This document shows, piece after piece, positions 1 through 11,555 of a stretch of 64,000 nt of DNA. A program made the translations under genes and the position numbers. Positions within the stretch are counted from its first letter, which is position 1; the number at the start of each line of letters is the position of its first letter. The stretch is from Eledone cirrhosa (Eukaryota): contig OZ024748.1 in the NCBI GenBank assembly GCA_964016885.1, positions 41,106,001 to 41,170,000 on the forward strand, given 5' to 3'. The notes below the pieces were generated by a model that saw only the letters and a list, made by a program, of their open reading frames with translations, was not told the origin of the DNA and did not search any database.

Positions 1-17
1 TGCCAATCCACCGCTAC

Positions 18-254
18 TCAGATGACTATATATCATAATTGATCTGGGATGCAACCAAGACACCATAGTAAAAACCAATATATGGAACATTATATTATGT
101 AACATTATCCCATTATTTTAATTTATATTCCTTTGAAGTTCCGATGAGCCACTCTGTTTTTTAAATATGTTAATTATTTTCAACTGAACCAGATCAATTA
201 TGATATATAGTCATCTGATCCAGAAATATTATATGGAGTAGCGAAACAATTGTA
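18..254 (+). mobile_element. Degenerate PLE pseudo-LTR fold-back with a hammerhead-like motif
   Basis: Perfect 30-bp inverted repeat at 18-47/189-218. CCGATGA (141-147) + gccactct...ggagtagc (stem II) + GAAA CAATTG TA (243-254). Stem I pairs poorly and the core has U4>C. Confidence 0.4.
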
Positions 255-475
255 AATGGACATTATTATTATTAATATTATTATTATTATTCTCTACATT
301 CCTTACATCAAACTAAAATATGTTGACAATCTTTTAATAATGTCTTCCTTGTGAAGTTTGTGGTCTTGTTTTGCTTAACTAATGAATATTTCCAGCTCTG
401 CACACCTAACTTCTGCATGAACCCAGCCACCAAGCTGCTTTCTACTGCATATTTCACATTATATATATATATATA

Positions 476-510
<35 letters not shown>

Positions 511-518
511 ATATATAT

Positions 519-663
519 ATACTACTGTATGTCTGTATACATATATGTATGTACGTGTAGATACTTATATTTAAGTAACAGCTGTACTAAGAGTGGGAAA
601 TGAAATTTTGTTTCATTTTTTCCGTTTATATATATATATATATCTATATCTCTATATATATAT

Positions 664-735
<72 letters not shown>

Positions 736-1162
736 ATATATATATATATATCTATATCTATATATAAGTATGTATACGTACATACATATGTATACAGACG
801 TTACAGTAGTATGTATATATATATACATACATGCACACATATATATATGTACGTATGGATTCACTGAACATTTATTATAATGCTCGGTGTGTTTGTAAAC
901 AAACATCCCGTATTAAGCCTTACAGTGTCTAGCAACCATCGTTGCTCATTTGTTCAACGCTGACAAAGGAACACTGTACTAGTTTCAATGTTCGGTGAAT
1001 CCATACGTACATATATATATGTGTGCATGTATGTATATATATATATATACATACTACTGTACGTCTGTATACATATATGTATGTAGGTATAGATACTTAT
1101 ATTTAAGTAACAGCTGTACTAAGAGTGAGAAATGAAATTTTGTTTCATTTTTTCCGTTTATA
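519..1162. repeat. Direct plus inverted repeat unit, probable PLE pLTR remnant
   Basis: About 110-bp direct repeat at 519-630/1051-1162. Inverted repeat at about 780-871/987-1085. GAAA CTAG TA on the minus strand at about 975-987. Confidence 0.45.
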
Positions 1163-1181
1163 TATATATATATATATATAT

Positions 1182-1390
1182 GTGTGAGAAAAACCACAGA
1201 CCCTCCATCTCAACTCTACTTTTGAAAAGCTGAAGAACTGCGAAACCGGTAAAGGAACCAAATAAATATATTTTTTCTAAAATAAGACTCCAGTTGCATT
1301 TTCGATTTCATCTTTTTTTCTTTATACTTTCACTCGTGTAGGACACCTCGGTTATTTTTCATTTTGTAAAAAAAACCTCACTTTCTAATA
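1182..1390 (+). repeat. Dispersed repeat, probable PLE pLTR 3' fragment (second copy 48291-48377)
   Basis: About 90 bp shared with 48291-48377. Contains GC GAAA CCGG TA followed by AATAAA, like the 3' half of a minimal hammerhead. Confidence 0.45.
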
Positions 1391-1561
1391 TATATATATA
1401 TATATATATATTGTTATACTTTGGGAGGGTCATGTTGCCAATAAGAAACACACGCACCAGTTGCTTTCACTTCAATTTATTATAATAAATTTATAAATTT
1501 AGGAATTTATAAATTTCCGGTTGGTTGGTTGGTTCCACAACCAGGTGGTTGTTTATATATT

Positions 1562-1604
1562 GTCAAAGTTCTTTCGTCACACATTCTGTGACCTCTTCAG
1601 TGAC
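1562..1604 (-). ncRNA. Minimal type I hammerhead ribozyme motif (family 1)
   Basis: Reverse complement reads GTCA CTGAAGA G GTCACA gaatg TGTGAC GAAA GAAC TT TGAC. Confidence 0.7.
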
Positions 1605-1914
1605 TGGGGATTCTTTTCTTTGTTTTTTGTGCTTCTCCTTTGTTCTGTCCTACGCCATCTTGTTTTTGTGTGTGTGTTGTGTGCTTAGTTTGCGCATGTG
1701 TTACATCCGGGTGTCTGTGTGTGTTTATATTCGTTTATTTATTTGTTTATTTACATGTTACAGGTTGGTTGTTTGTTCTATGTGCGTGTGTGTTTTCATT
1801 TTGTCCTTAATTGTAAGTTGTGATGTTGCTGTTCCATTCATGTTTTCTATTTAATTTTGGTTGTAATTCATTTATGTTTATTGCCTCTGTGAATTGTCTA
1901 AACATTGCGTCTTT

Positions 1915-2265
1915 TCTGTGTGTAGATTCTCTAATTTACCCTTATGTTCTATTTTAGCATGTTGGTAGAGTACAGATGATTCTTTACTATCTTGAAGGTC
2001 TCGCCAGTGCTCATTTATCTGTTCCCCTATACTACGAGCTGTCTCACCTATGTACACTATATTTGTATCTCTACATTGTCCTTCAGTACATCTTATGCTA
2101 TATACTACATTTCTAGTTTTACAGTTAATATGGGGGCTTAATTTACAGATTATACATTTCTTATCTATACAGGGAGGTCTTTGAAAAGGGTATGTCTTGC
2201 TAATAAGTGTTTTTATGGAGGTACCTGGTCTTTCTACTATCTTAATATTGAGTTTATGTTTATCT
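1915..2265 (-). pseudogene. PLE GIY-YIG endonuclease fragment with Cys-rich linker
   Basis: KIVERPGTSIK...CIDKKCIICK...CKTRNVVYSIRC...VYIGETARSIGEQINEH...LYQHAKIEH contains the VVY/YIG motifs and conserved Cys/His of PLE endonucleases. Confidence 0.85.
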
Positions 2266-2347
2266 AGGGCCACAACACACATACAAAAACAAGATGACGT
2301 CGGACAGAACAAAGGAGAGGCACAAAAAACAAAGAAAAGAATCCCCA

Positions 2348-2390
2348 GTCACTGAAGAGGTCACAGAATGTGTGACGAAAGAACTTTGAC
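2348..2390 (+). ncRNA. Minimal type I hammerhead ribozyme motif (family 1)
   Basis: GTCA/TGAC stem I, CTGAAGA core, 6-bp stem II, GAAA, very short stem III, UU cleavage site. Confidence 0.7.
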
Positions 2391-2585
2391 AATATATAAA
2401 CAACCATCTGGTTGTGGAACCAACCAACCAACCGGAAATTTATAAATTCCTAAATTTATAAATTTATTATAATAAATTGAAGTGAAAGTAACTGGTGCGT
2501 GTGTTTCTTATTGGCAACATGACCCTCCCAAAGTATAACAATATCGGTTTCAACACACGTTTTCAGATAAAGAATCTTGCTAAAC

Positions 2586-3023
<438 letters not shown>

Positions 3024-3270
3024 AGAGTAAACAGTACACCCATTCCCACTAGTTCTACCCAAAGCAGTCAACAAAGCAACTTTAGTGATACAGCAGAGCA
3101 GAATTATTGCAAGGTTGCAAAACTGCAATAATAGTTCTAGTGCCAGAGTAAACAACAATGAAGGCTGCACCAATTCTTGCCAGGTTCTTACCAAAGTTGT
3201 CCTCCATAGTAACCCGATACCTGCACTTCTCTACACCTGGCAGCTAGCCTACTTATATAACATATCTGAC

Positions 3271-3655
3271 ACTCCACTCCACTACACTACACTATACCAC
3301 ACCACACCACACCACACTACACTACACTACACTATACCACACCACACCACACCACACTACACCACACCACACCACACTCCACTACACCACACTACGCTAC
3401 ACCACACACCACACCACACTACACTACACCACACCACACCACACCACACTACACCACACCACACCACACTACACTACACTACACTACACTACACCACACC
3501 ATACCACACCACACTACACCACACCACACTACACAACCCCACACTACACCACACTACACTACACCACACCACACTACACCACATCACACTACACTACACT
3601 ACACCACACTACACTACACCACACCACACCACACTACACTACACCACACTACACT
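3271..3655. repeat. (ACTAC/ACCAC)n pentanucleotide satellite
   Basis: Direct inspection. Confidence 0.95.
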
Positions 3656-3757
3656 AGCTGGAACTGTACCATAAAATGAGAAATTATAAACAAGACAAGA
3701 TAATACCAAGAGTAAATTGATTTAAACATTGAAAATGTCATCACAACATTATTGTTG

Positions 3758-4390
3758 GTTCTTCTGAAGGAATTCTCTTATTCCTATTCTGACATTCTCC
3801 CCAGTTTCCCCCTTTAGTTCTTCTGAAGCAGTTCTCTTATTCCTATTCTGACATTCTCCCCAGTTTCTCCCTTTAGTTCTTCTGAAGGAGTTCTCTTATT
3901 CCTATTCTGACATTCTCCCCAGTTTCCCCCTTTAGTTCTTCTGAAGCAGTTCTCTTATTCCTATTCTGACATTCTCCCTTTAGTTCTTCTGAAGCAGTTC
4001 TCTTATTCCTATTCTGACATTCTCCCTTTAGTTCTTCTGAAGCAGTTCTCTTATTCCTATTCTGACATTCTCCCTTTAGTTCTTCTGAAGCAGTTCTCTT
4101 ATTCCTATTCTGACATTCTCCCCAGTTTCTCCCTTTAGTTCTTCTGAAGCAGTTCTCTTATTCCTATTCTGACATTCTCCCTTTAGTTCTTCTGAAGCAG
4201 TTCTCTTATTCCTATTCTGACATTCTCCCCAGTTTCTCCCTTTAGTTCTTCTGAAGCAGTTCTCTTATTCCTATTCTGACATTCTCCCCAGTTTCTCCCT
4301 TTAGTTCTTCTGAAGCAGTTCTCTTATTCCTATTCTGACATTCTCCCTTTAGTTCTTCTGTAGGAGTTCTCTTATTCCTATTCTGACATT
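3758..4390. repeat. 59/48-bp minisatellite
   Basis: Unit ttagttcttctgaagcagttctcttattcctattctgacattctcccc(agtttctccct). The short variant lacks 11 bp between ttctccc microhomologies. Confidence 0.95.
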
Positions 4391-5319
4391 TTGCGGAAGA
4401 TATTTACGATTTCACGAATATGCGGTGGTTTCCACTAACAATTATTAGTTAGGTTCTAATGAAAATTCCGTGAATAGCCAGGCCCACAAATACTGGGGAT
4501 ACACTGTGTGTGTGTATGTGTATATATATATGGAAATACTGACATCACACATCAAACTTTCATGTAGTTATACACACAACAATACACACTCATACACATA
4601 CACACACATGCTGACATACCATCAAACTATGAAGACTAATTTGATTGCTTTCACACCTGAAGCTTGTAATACCTATCTACCTACAGCACAACTACTTAAT
4701 CACTGCTTTACTAATTCCAATTATCATATCACTAATTAATAGTGAATGGTTTAGGTGACCAGGTAAACTGTGGTGGATGTGTGTGTGTCTGTGTATCTGT
4801 GTGTGTCCATCTATGTATCTGTGTGTCTGCGTGTGTCTGTATATATGTGTCTGTGTCTGTGTCTGTCCATCTATGTGTATGTGTCTGTGACTGAATGGTT
4901 TAGGTGACCAGGTAAACTGTGATGTGTGTGTGTATGCATGTGATGTCATCACCACATACAAACAGGTGAGACTAGATATAGAGAGATTGAGAGGTATTCA
5001 GGTGAGGCGAGACTAGACAGGTATAACCTGAAAGATTGAGAGACATGAAGTGATAAAGTCAAAAAAGTGACTTGTTAGTCTTTAAAACTGAGGATAAAAT
5101 ACCTTGTGGTATTTGTTTCCTGTGATCTAAATTCAAATTCTGCTGAGGTCAACCCTGCATCTCAGCTCTTTTGAGGTCAATAAAATTAAGTCCCATTTCA
5201 GAGCAGTAAATTTGTGGGTATGTTAGACCCCCAGATACCTTCTACGATATTTGTTCTGGACTTTCTGAATTCAAATCCAGGTGTAATTCTTCTTAGGTGG
5301 TAAATTTCATCTGTAAACT

Positions 5320-5600
5320 AGTTTAATAGCCCCAATTTGTCCTTGGGTACCTTTAGCAGAGTCTACTATGATACAACCAATTAGGGAGAGGTCTCCAGTA
5401 TGAGGGTCATCACTACCCTCGCTCCCAGCAGTCATGATGTCCTCAAGCATGTCTTTTCTCTCTGGGAGTCTCAGGATACGTAACTTTTGTGCCTCCACCC
5501 AACGCTTCACAGGACAGGTCACAGGCCCATTGCCAGTTCTTGCAGTCTTGGGTGAAGACTGCAATATATTTTCTGAACAGGCCCCTTCTACCTAAAGCAT
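5320..5600 (-). mobile_element. Old RTE-like LINE 3' fragment
   Basis: Translation ARTGNGPVTCPVKRW resembles the RTE C-terminal G-x-R/P-x-GRP-x-x-RW motif. Confidence 0.4.
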
Positions 5601-5716
5601 ATATTACCCCATATATATATATATATATATATCCCCATAAGGAAATGGGCGAAGGCTTCAAAAACTTCTTTGTCCATTCGGATTGCCTCAAGAATGGAAC
5701 CTTATTATGTAATGAA

Positions 5717-5791
5717 GCTGTCTGATGAGATCATGGCACTCCTTACACAAAATCACGTGGACACTGTCGTCATTGAACTATATATTACAGC
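5717..5791 (+). ncRNA. Degenerate hammerhead motif (family 2) in a pLTR-like repeat (5680-5845)
   Basis: GCTGT CTGATGA [long stem II] GAAC TATATA TT ACAGC, then AATAAA. Homologous to 16391-16555. Confidence 0.55.
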
Positions 5792-5847
5792 CTTATCAAT
5801 AAAGGACTTTAACATCTGAAAATACTTCACATTTTCTTATATTATAT

Positions 5848-8800
5848 ATCATCATCATTATCATCATCATCATTTTACGTCCACTTTTCCCTGCTTGCAA
5901 GGGTGGGATGGGTCTTATTCAGCACAGCATCTCTCCACTTGTCACGGTCCTTCGTCATCTCCACCGTGAGCTTCAGCAATCTGAGGTCTGTTCTCACCAC
6001 CTCGACCCATGTTTTTCGTGGTCTACCTCTACCACATCTTCCTTCAACTGGCATTTCCTGGCACTTCTTCACCCATCGGTCATCCTCAATGCGCATCACA
6101 TGTCCCTACCACCACAGTCTCCTCTCTCGCACACTACATTCTATCCCTCTGAGACACAGTTTCTCTCTCAACACATCCATGCTGGGTCGTTCACGCACAT
6201 TGACACTGCACATCCAACGGAGCATACTTGCCTCATTTCTCTCCCGCCGTCGCATATCCTCTGCAGTTGCTGCCCATGTCTCACTACCATGCAACATCGC
6301 GCTCCTCACACAGGCATCATATAACCAGCCTTTTGTATGCAGGGAGAAACCCTTCTTCGTCAGCAGCTCCCTAAACTTCTTCCAACCCTCCTTATTCTAG
6401 ATACTATGGCCTCGGAACACCCTCCTCCCATGCTAATCTGATCTCCTAGGTACCGGAAACTATCCACCACTTCTATAGCACCCGCCTGCATTTGGAAAAT
6501 ATGTCTATCAATGCGACTTCTACTGTCTAATTTCCCTGTACATCTACTGCATACGTATTTCTCCCTACCTGTTAGTTTGCCTGCTATCCCACTACATCTC
6601 TTGTGTACCCAGGATCTGCAATGTGTGCATTTTATAGAATTTATGCCAGTTCCTTTTCTGTATATCGAACATGGCCATTTCCCTGACGGAATCAGAGTTT
6701 TGTCCTCTTTTCTACTCATCAACACTTTTGTCTTAGCTAGATTCACTCTTAGTCCTCTTGCTTCCAACTGCTGTTTCCATAGCCAGAATTTATTCTCTAG
6801 CTTCTCTATTGATTCTGCTATAAAAACCAGATCGTCAGCATAGAGAAGTACCCATGGACAGCCAGTCTTAAACTCCTCCGTTATGGCTTGGAGGACTATA
6901 ATGAACAAGAGTGGGCTGAGGACCGAACCTTGATGTACTCCTACTTGTATCTGAAATTCTGCACTAAACTCCATTCCTACTCTGACTTTACGGACAGCAC
7001 CTCTGTTCAAAGTTTGCACTGTCCTCACGAGCCATTCCTCAACACCTAGTTTCCTTAGGGACCACCAGATGACAGATCGGGGTACCCTATCAAAGGCCTC
7101 CTCTAGGTCAACAAAGGCAAAGTATAGTGGCTTATTCTTCTCTAAGAACCTCTCTTGTAATTGTCTCACCAAGAAGAGGGCATCTGTTGTACTTTTCCCA
7201 GGCACAAAACCAAACTGCATCTCATCTAGTTTGACCTCTTCTCTAATTAGTTGTGTTAATATCCTTTCTGCCACTTTCATAACCTGATCCATCAGTTTTA
7301 TACCCCTATAATTGCTCCTCTCCAGAGCATCCCCTTTACCTTCGTAGCAATTTATGAGAATACTGCTGCACCAGTCTTTGGGTATGACACCGCCATATAT
7401 AGCCTGATTGATGATGCGTGCAACCAGTTTAGTGCCTACGTCCCCTGATGCCTTCAGCATCTCAGCAACTATTCCCGATGGTCCGGCAGCCTTACCATTT
7501 TTCATTTCCTTAATCGCCTCTTGGACCCTATATTCGTCAATCTCAATAGCGGGTCCCTCTGTCGGATCTACTGAGGGTAATTTCTCTCTCTCCCATTTGT
7601 TCTCCACATTCATCAGTCTCTCATAATGACATTTCCAGATCTCCTTTTTCTGATCATTCGTGACACTAAGTACACCGGCATCATTCCGGACAAATTTATC
7701 TCCAACAACATCCGGATTTGCATTGACACACTGCCTTGCAATGTGGAACACCGCACGCCTCAGATCTTCCCATCGCAGAACATTGGCAAACCTCCTACTC
7801 TCAGCCTCCCTGTGTGCTAAGTACACCTGACGTCTAGTTTCTCTCTTAGTGGCTGTATATCCTTCTCTACTCCCACCCTTTTTTCAAGCCTTCCATGCTA
7901 GTCTTTTGTCTCTAATAGCCTTATCTACTGTGCTGTTCCACCACCAGGTCACTCTCTGTCTGGTTGGAGCTCTGCTCCAGCCACAAGTTTCATCAGTAGC
8001 CTGCAGTAAGTTGTCACGTAAGAAATTCCAGTTATTATCTATGTCATACGTCTCTAAATCATCATCTTTTTCGTCATACACATCTTGAAGGGCTTTCCTA
8101 AATTTGTATTTTAGTGAAAGGTCTTTTAGCTTACAGACCTTTCTTCTCCACACCTTCCTGTATGTCTCATTCCATCTCTTGCTTACTGAGATATCACAAA
8201 CGACTAACCTATGTTGTAGGGTACATTCTTCCCCAGGGTATGCCTTGGTATTTGACACCATCTGCCTGTCCCACTGCCTAACTAGTAAGTCAATCTGGCT
8301 TATGTGCTCGCCTGATTTGTAGGTTATTAGGTGGTTGGCAGGTTTCTGGAAGTTAGTGTTGCAAATAGTCAGTGTACTTGCATCACAAAATTTAAGAAGT
8401 CTCACTACTTCTTCATTTCTTGAGCCGTAACCGTGCCCACGATGTACCCCAGTGTAACCATCCTGGAGCTGTCCAACATGACCATTGAAGTCCCCTGCTA
8501 GCATAACGATGTCTCCGTCCTCTGTCATTGCGGTTGTTTGTAAAAGTTGTTCGTAAAAGCACTCTTTCTCATCTCTGCCTAGGCCTGCTTGGGGAGCATA
8601 GGCAGAGATGATTGTCAGTAGTCTCCTGACTACAACTAATCTAAGCTTAATTATTCGATTACTAACACAAACTACCTCTATTGTCTTATTGATCCATCTC
8701 TCAGCCAGGAAAATGCCTACTCCCCCTAACCCATCATCCTTACCTACCCAGAAAAGCTTATAGCTAAGATGTTTGCCTGCGACTAGTCTCGAAGAGGCAC

Positions 8801-9240
8801 CTCTACATCTCACCTCTTGCATGCAACACACATCCACAACTCTTCTCTCCAGCATCCCCGCTATTTCAGCAGATCTACCTTAGAGAGTGCCAACATTAAG
8901 TGTTGCAACTCTGAGATGCGACGTCTTCATATTTTTGTTGTTCCTATATACTTGTTGCTGTGCTTATAATCGTTTTGGCATTGATACACTGGTTGGATGC
9001 CCTTCCTTACACCAGCGCCACTTTACAGCATGGACTGGGTGCTTTATTTGTGCCACCAGCACTAGAGAGGATCTGTTACTGGACTCATGGGCCCTCTCTA
9101 CCCCTCCATTTTACAGAATGGTCATAAAAAACACTTATTGACACTCATGGCACACACACTCACTCACACACTAACCCTCATGCATACAAACAGACACGCC
9201 ACTCACACACTAACACTCATGCTTACAAACACACACACAC
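5848..9240 (-). mobile_element. Near full-length RTE-clade LINE, family A (APE endonuclease + RT with PHD insert), inactivated
   Basis: ATG at 8930 (MKTSHLRVATLNVGTL*). EN motifs MQE, SAYAPQ, AGDFNGHVG, QID and QH. RT motifs FVDLEEAFDRV, GVHQGSVLSP and LLYADD. C-terminal GRGRPRKTW and (TGA)n tail. Stops at about 8880 and 7884, frameshift at about 6360. Confidence 0.95.
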
Positions 9241-9722
9241 ATATATATATATATTACCGTCAGTACTGATACAAAATCAAAATCATGTCAACTATTGACT
9301 TTTCTAGTTCAGTTTTTATATAATATTAATAATTGTTTGCTTTACAGCATTGAGCAACGGCCCTCCACTCTCTGGGCCCAAAAACAAGGCACTAGCAATG
9401 CGCTGGGACAATCGCTGCCCCGTGCCAAGAACAGAATAGTTATTTAGTATTATAGTTGTTTTTAAGGTCTGATTGCTGGTGATGGTGGATGGTGTCAGTG
9501 ATGGTGATGGTGGTGGATGTGGTCAGTGATGGTGGTGGATGTGGTCAGTGATGGTGGTGGCAGTTGTTGCTGCTGCTGCTGCCGTTGTTCATTTCACTGA
9601 TGCTGCTGCTGCAGACAATGGTGTTGTTGCTGTTGTTGTTGTTGCTGTCGTTGCTGTTGTTGTTGTTGCTGTCGCTGTTGTTGTAGTTGTTGCTGTGTTG
9701 AAATCTGGTCGCATCGACTGAG

Positions 9723-9753
<31 letters not shown>

Positions 9754-10120
9754 AGTTGGTGTTGTTGTTGTAGTTGTTGTTGCTGTGTTGAGTTAGGAGT
9801 TTGTCAACAGGTCAGACATCTTAGTGTAGATAGGGTAATGACTTATGTGGTGGTGGTGGGGAGCGAGTGTAGCCGTTATTGTGTTGACGGGAGGAGGGGG
9901 GGCAGTGAGATGTAACAAGTTCAAGTTTATAGTTCACTTGTCCCTTCCTCTCTTTTAAAAATCTGAATTTATGGCCATTTTGCAATAGGGGACAAGTAAG
10001 CGTAAAATGTAAAATTTAAATAGAGATTGCTCTGGAAAAATATATGGAATATTTCTGTAGCTTCCACAGCTTTTGTCAGAACATTTCCTCGGAGTCCAAT
10101 ATATAGAAAAGGCTTCTACA

Positions 10121-10159
10121 AGTCTAGTACTGTTTCATTCGTATGAAATCATCAGGATT
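10121..10159 (-). ncRNA. Degenerate hammerhead motif (family 3)
   Basis: Reverse complement reads aatc CTGATGA tttc atac gaat GAAA cagtac TA gact. Homologous to 28713-28751. Confidence 0.5.
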
Positions 10160-10252
10160 ATATATATATATATATGTAGTTGCATGAAAAATGCATCCGT
10201 AGGCGGTATGCCGGTTGAGCACTCGATGCTCACGCAGAGCAGAGTATAATAC

Positions 10253-10828
10253 AATAAGGATAAGGAACAAGGATTCAGTGTTGCATCATAACATATTTTA
10301 TTACATATGTTTCACTATGAAGGCATGTGGCTGAGTGGTTAGAGAATTGGATTCGCAATTGTGAGGTTGTAAGTTCGATTCCCGGACCGGGTGATGGTTA
10401 TGTCCTTGAGCAAGACACTTTATTTCACGTTGCTCCTTCTACCTGGAGTTGCAACCGATAGATAATACTAGCAACTGGAAAGACCATGGAAACATTGTTT
10501 CCTTGGTCCGATTTGACGAAAGTCGATCGTAAAGTGATATGTTTCACTATCGATCAGCTCAAAGCAAGACCTATTATAGATCGAATCTGACTCTGCAATC
10601 AAAAGGTCGTCAGATATGCTTAGTATATGAATTCGTCTCTGATTCTGTGGTGGTAGTGGTAGATTCAGAGACAAATTCATACACTAAGCATATCTTACAA
10701 CCTTTCGATTACAGAGTCAGGTTTGATCTATAATAGGTCTTGCTTCGAGCTGATTGATAGTGAAACATATGTAATATGTTATTAAATATGTTATGATGCA
10801 ACACTGAATACTTGTTCCTTATCCTTAT
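10253..10828. mobile_element. Fold-back pLTR pair (hammerhead family 4) interrupted by a SINE
   Basis: Imperfect inverted arms centred at about 10650. Consensus of the arms is CATAT CTGACGA [~60-nt stem II] GAAA CATATG TA ATATG. Confidence 0.7.
10319..10536 (+). mobile_element. tRNA-derived SINE with 14-bp TSD
   Basis: A box tggctgagtgg, B box gttcgattccc, body gtccttgagcaagacacttta. TSD atatgtttcactat at 10305-10318/10537-10550. Confidence 0.9.
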
Positions 10829-10837
10829 AGTATATAT

Positions 10838-11539
10838 ACGACATAGTCGCATATATGTTATGAAATACTGTTAGCTTCTCGCTAAAACAATTTCTATACC
10901 TTTCATTTATATTTATACTCTGATTTTTTTCCTTGAGTGCTTAAACTATCTGTGACTAATCCCGGTTTTTTTAATAAAAACTGCGATAATATTGCTGTTT
11001 GCCGAACTCCTTTTGTAGAATTTTTTTCGGAATGTATTTGACTGTTATTTCTTGTAAACAAACATTCATTTTCATCCTGACGTCACTAGCCCCGTTTTTC
11101 CTCATGTGCGTTTTTCATAATCACGCATGATGGTGGTGAACTAGCCAGTTTTAGAATTCCCCTTTTGGCTTATAATTCTGTGAGAGCCCTGGTTATCTGT
11201 TGAGCTCTGCTGATGATGATTGCCAACCGTGACCATCTCCACTGAAAGTTTTCATGAAATAGTCTTTAAGACTATACAGAGCATTTGATGTTTTTCCAAA
11301 TTGAAGGATAAGTATTTTAGACTTTATCTTATCATGAGTTAAGGGTCTATTGATTTTTCCCTGGATTTCACTAAATTCTGTGGGTGAATTTATATCCTGA
11401 TTCTCTTTTGAGATGGGTTGAGTTATTTTTCCTACATCTTACGTTAACTATTTTTCCCATCTTGACGACATAGTCGCATATGTGTTATGAAATACTGTTA
11501 GCTTCTCGCTAAAACAATTTCTATACCTTTCATTTATAT
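10838..11539 (+). mobile_element. 627-bp non-coding unit bounded by 75-bp direct repeats, containing an intact hammerhead
   Basis: 10838-10912 matches 11465-11539 with 1 mismatch. Hammerhead at 11204-11282. Confidence 0.65.
11204..11282 (+). ncRNA. Type I hammerhead ribozyme with intact core (family 5)
   Basis: GCTCTG CTGATGA tga...tcat GAAA TAGTCT tta AGACTA TA CAGAGC: 6-bp stem I and a long stem III. Confidence 0.8.
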
Positions 11540-11555
11540 ATATATATATATATAT

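Larger units (their letters stand above)
1411..2575 (-). mobile_element. 5'-truncated Penelope-like element with inverted pseudo-LTRs
   Basis: About 270-bp inverted repeats (1411-1680 / 2271-2541) flank a minus-strand GIY-YIG fragment. Each arm carries a hammerhead motif. Confidence 0.85.

Noticed and set aside
1250-1275. CTGAAGA actgc GAAA CCGG TA (about 1230-1255) as a complete ribozyme
   Set aside because: Stem II is too short and stem I does not pair. It is kept only as a probable 3' half.
3190-4665. Extra minus-strand exon candidates (about 3192-3236 and 4610-4662)
   Set aside because: Donor-like sites are present, but the acceptors are poor and the peptides are short and unrecognisable.
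10319-10390. tRNA gene
   Set aside because: It is a tRNA-like SINE head with body and TSD and no proper cloverleaf.
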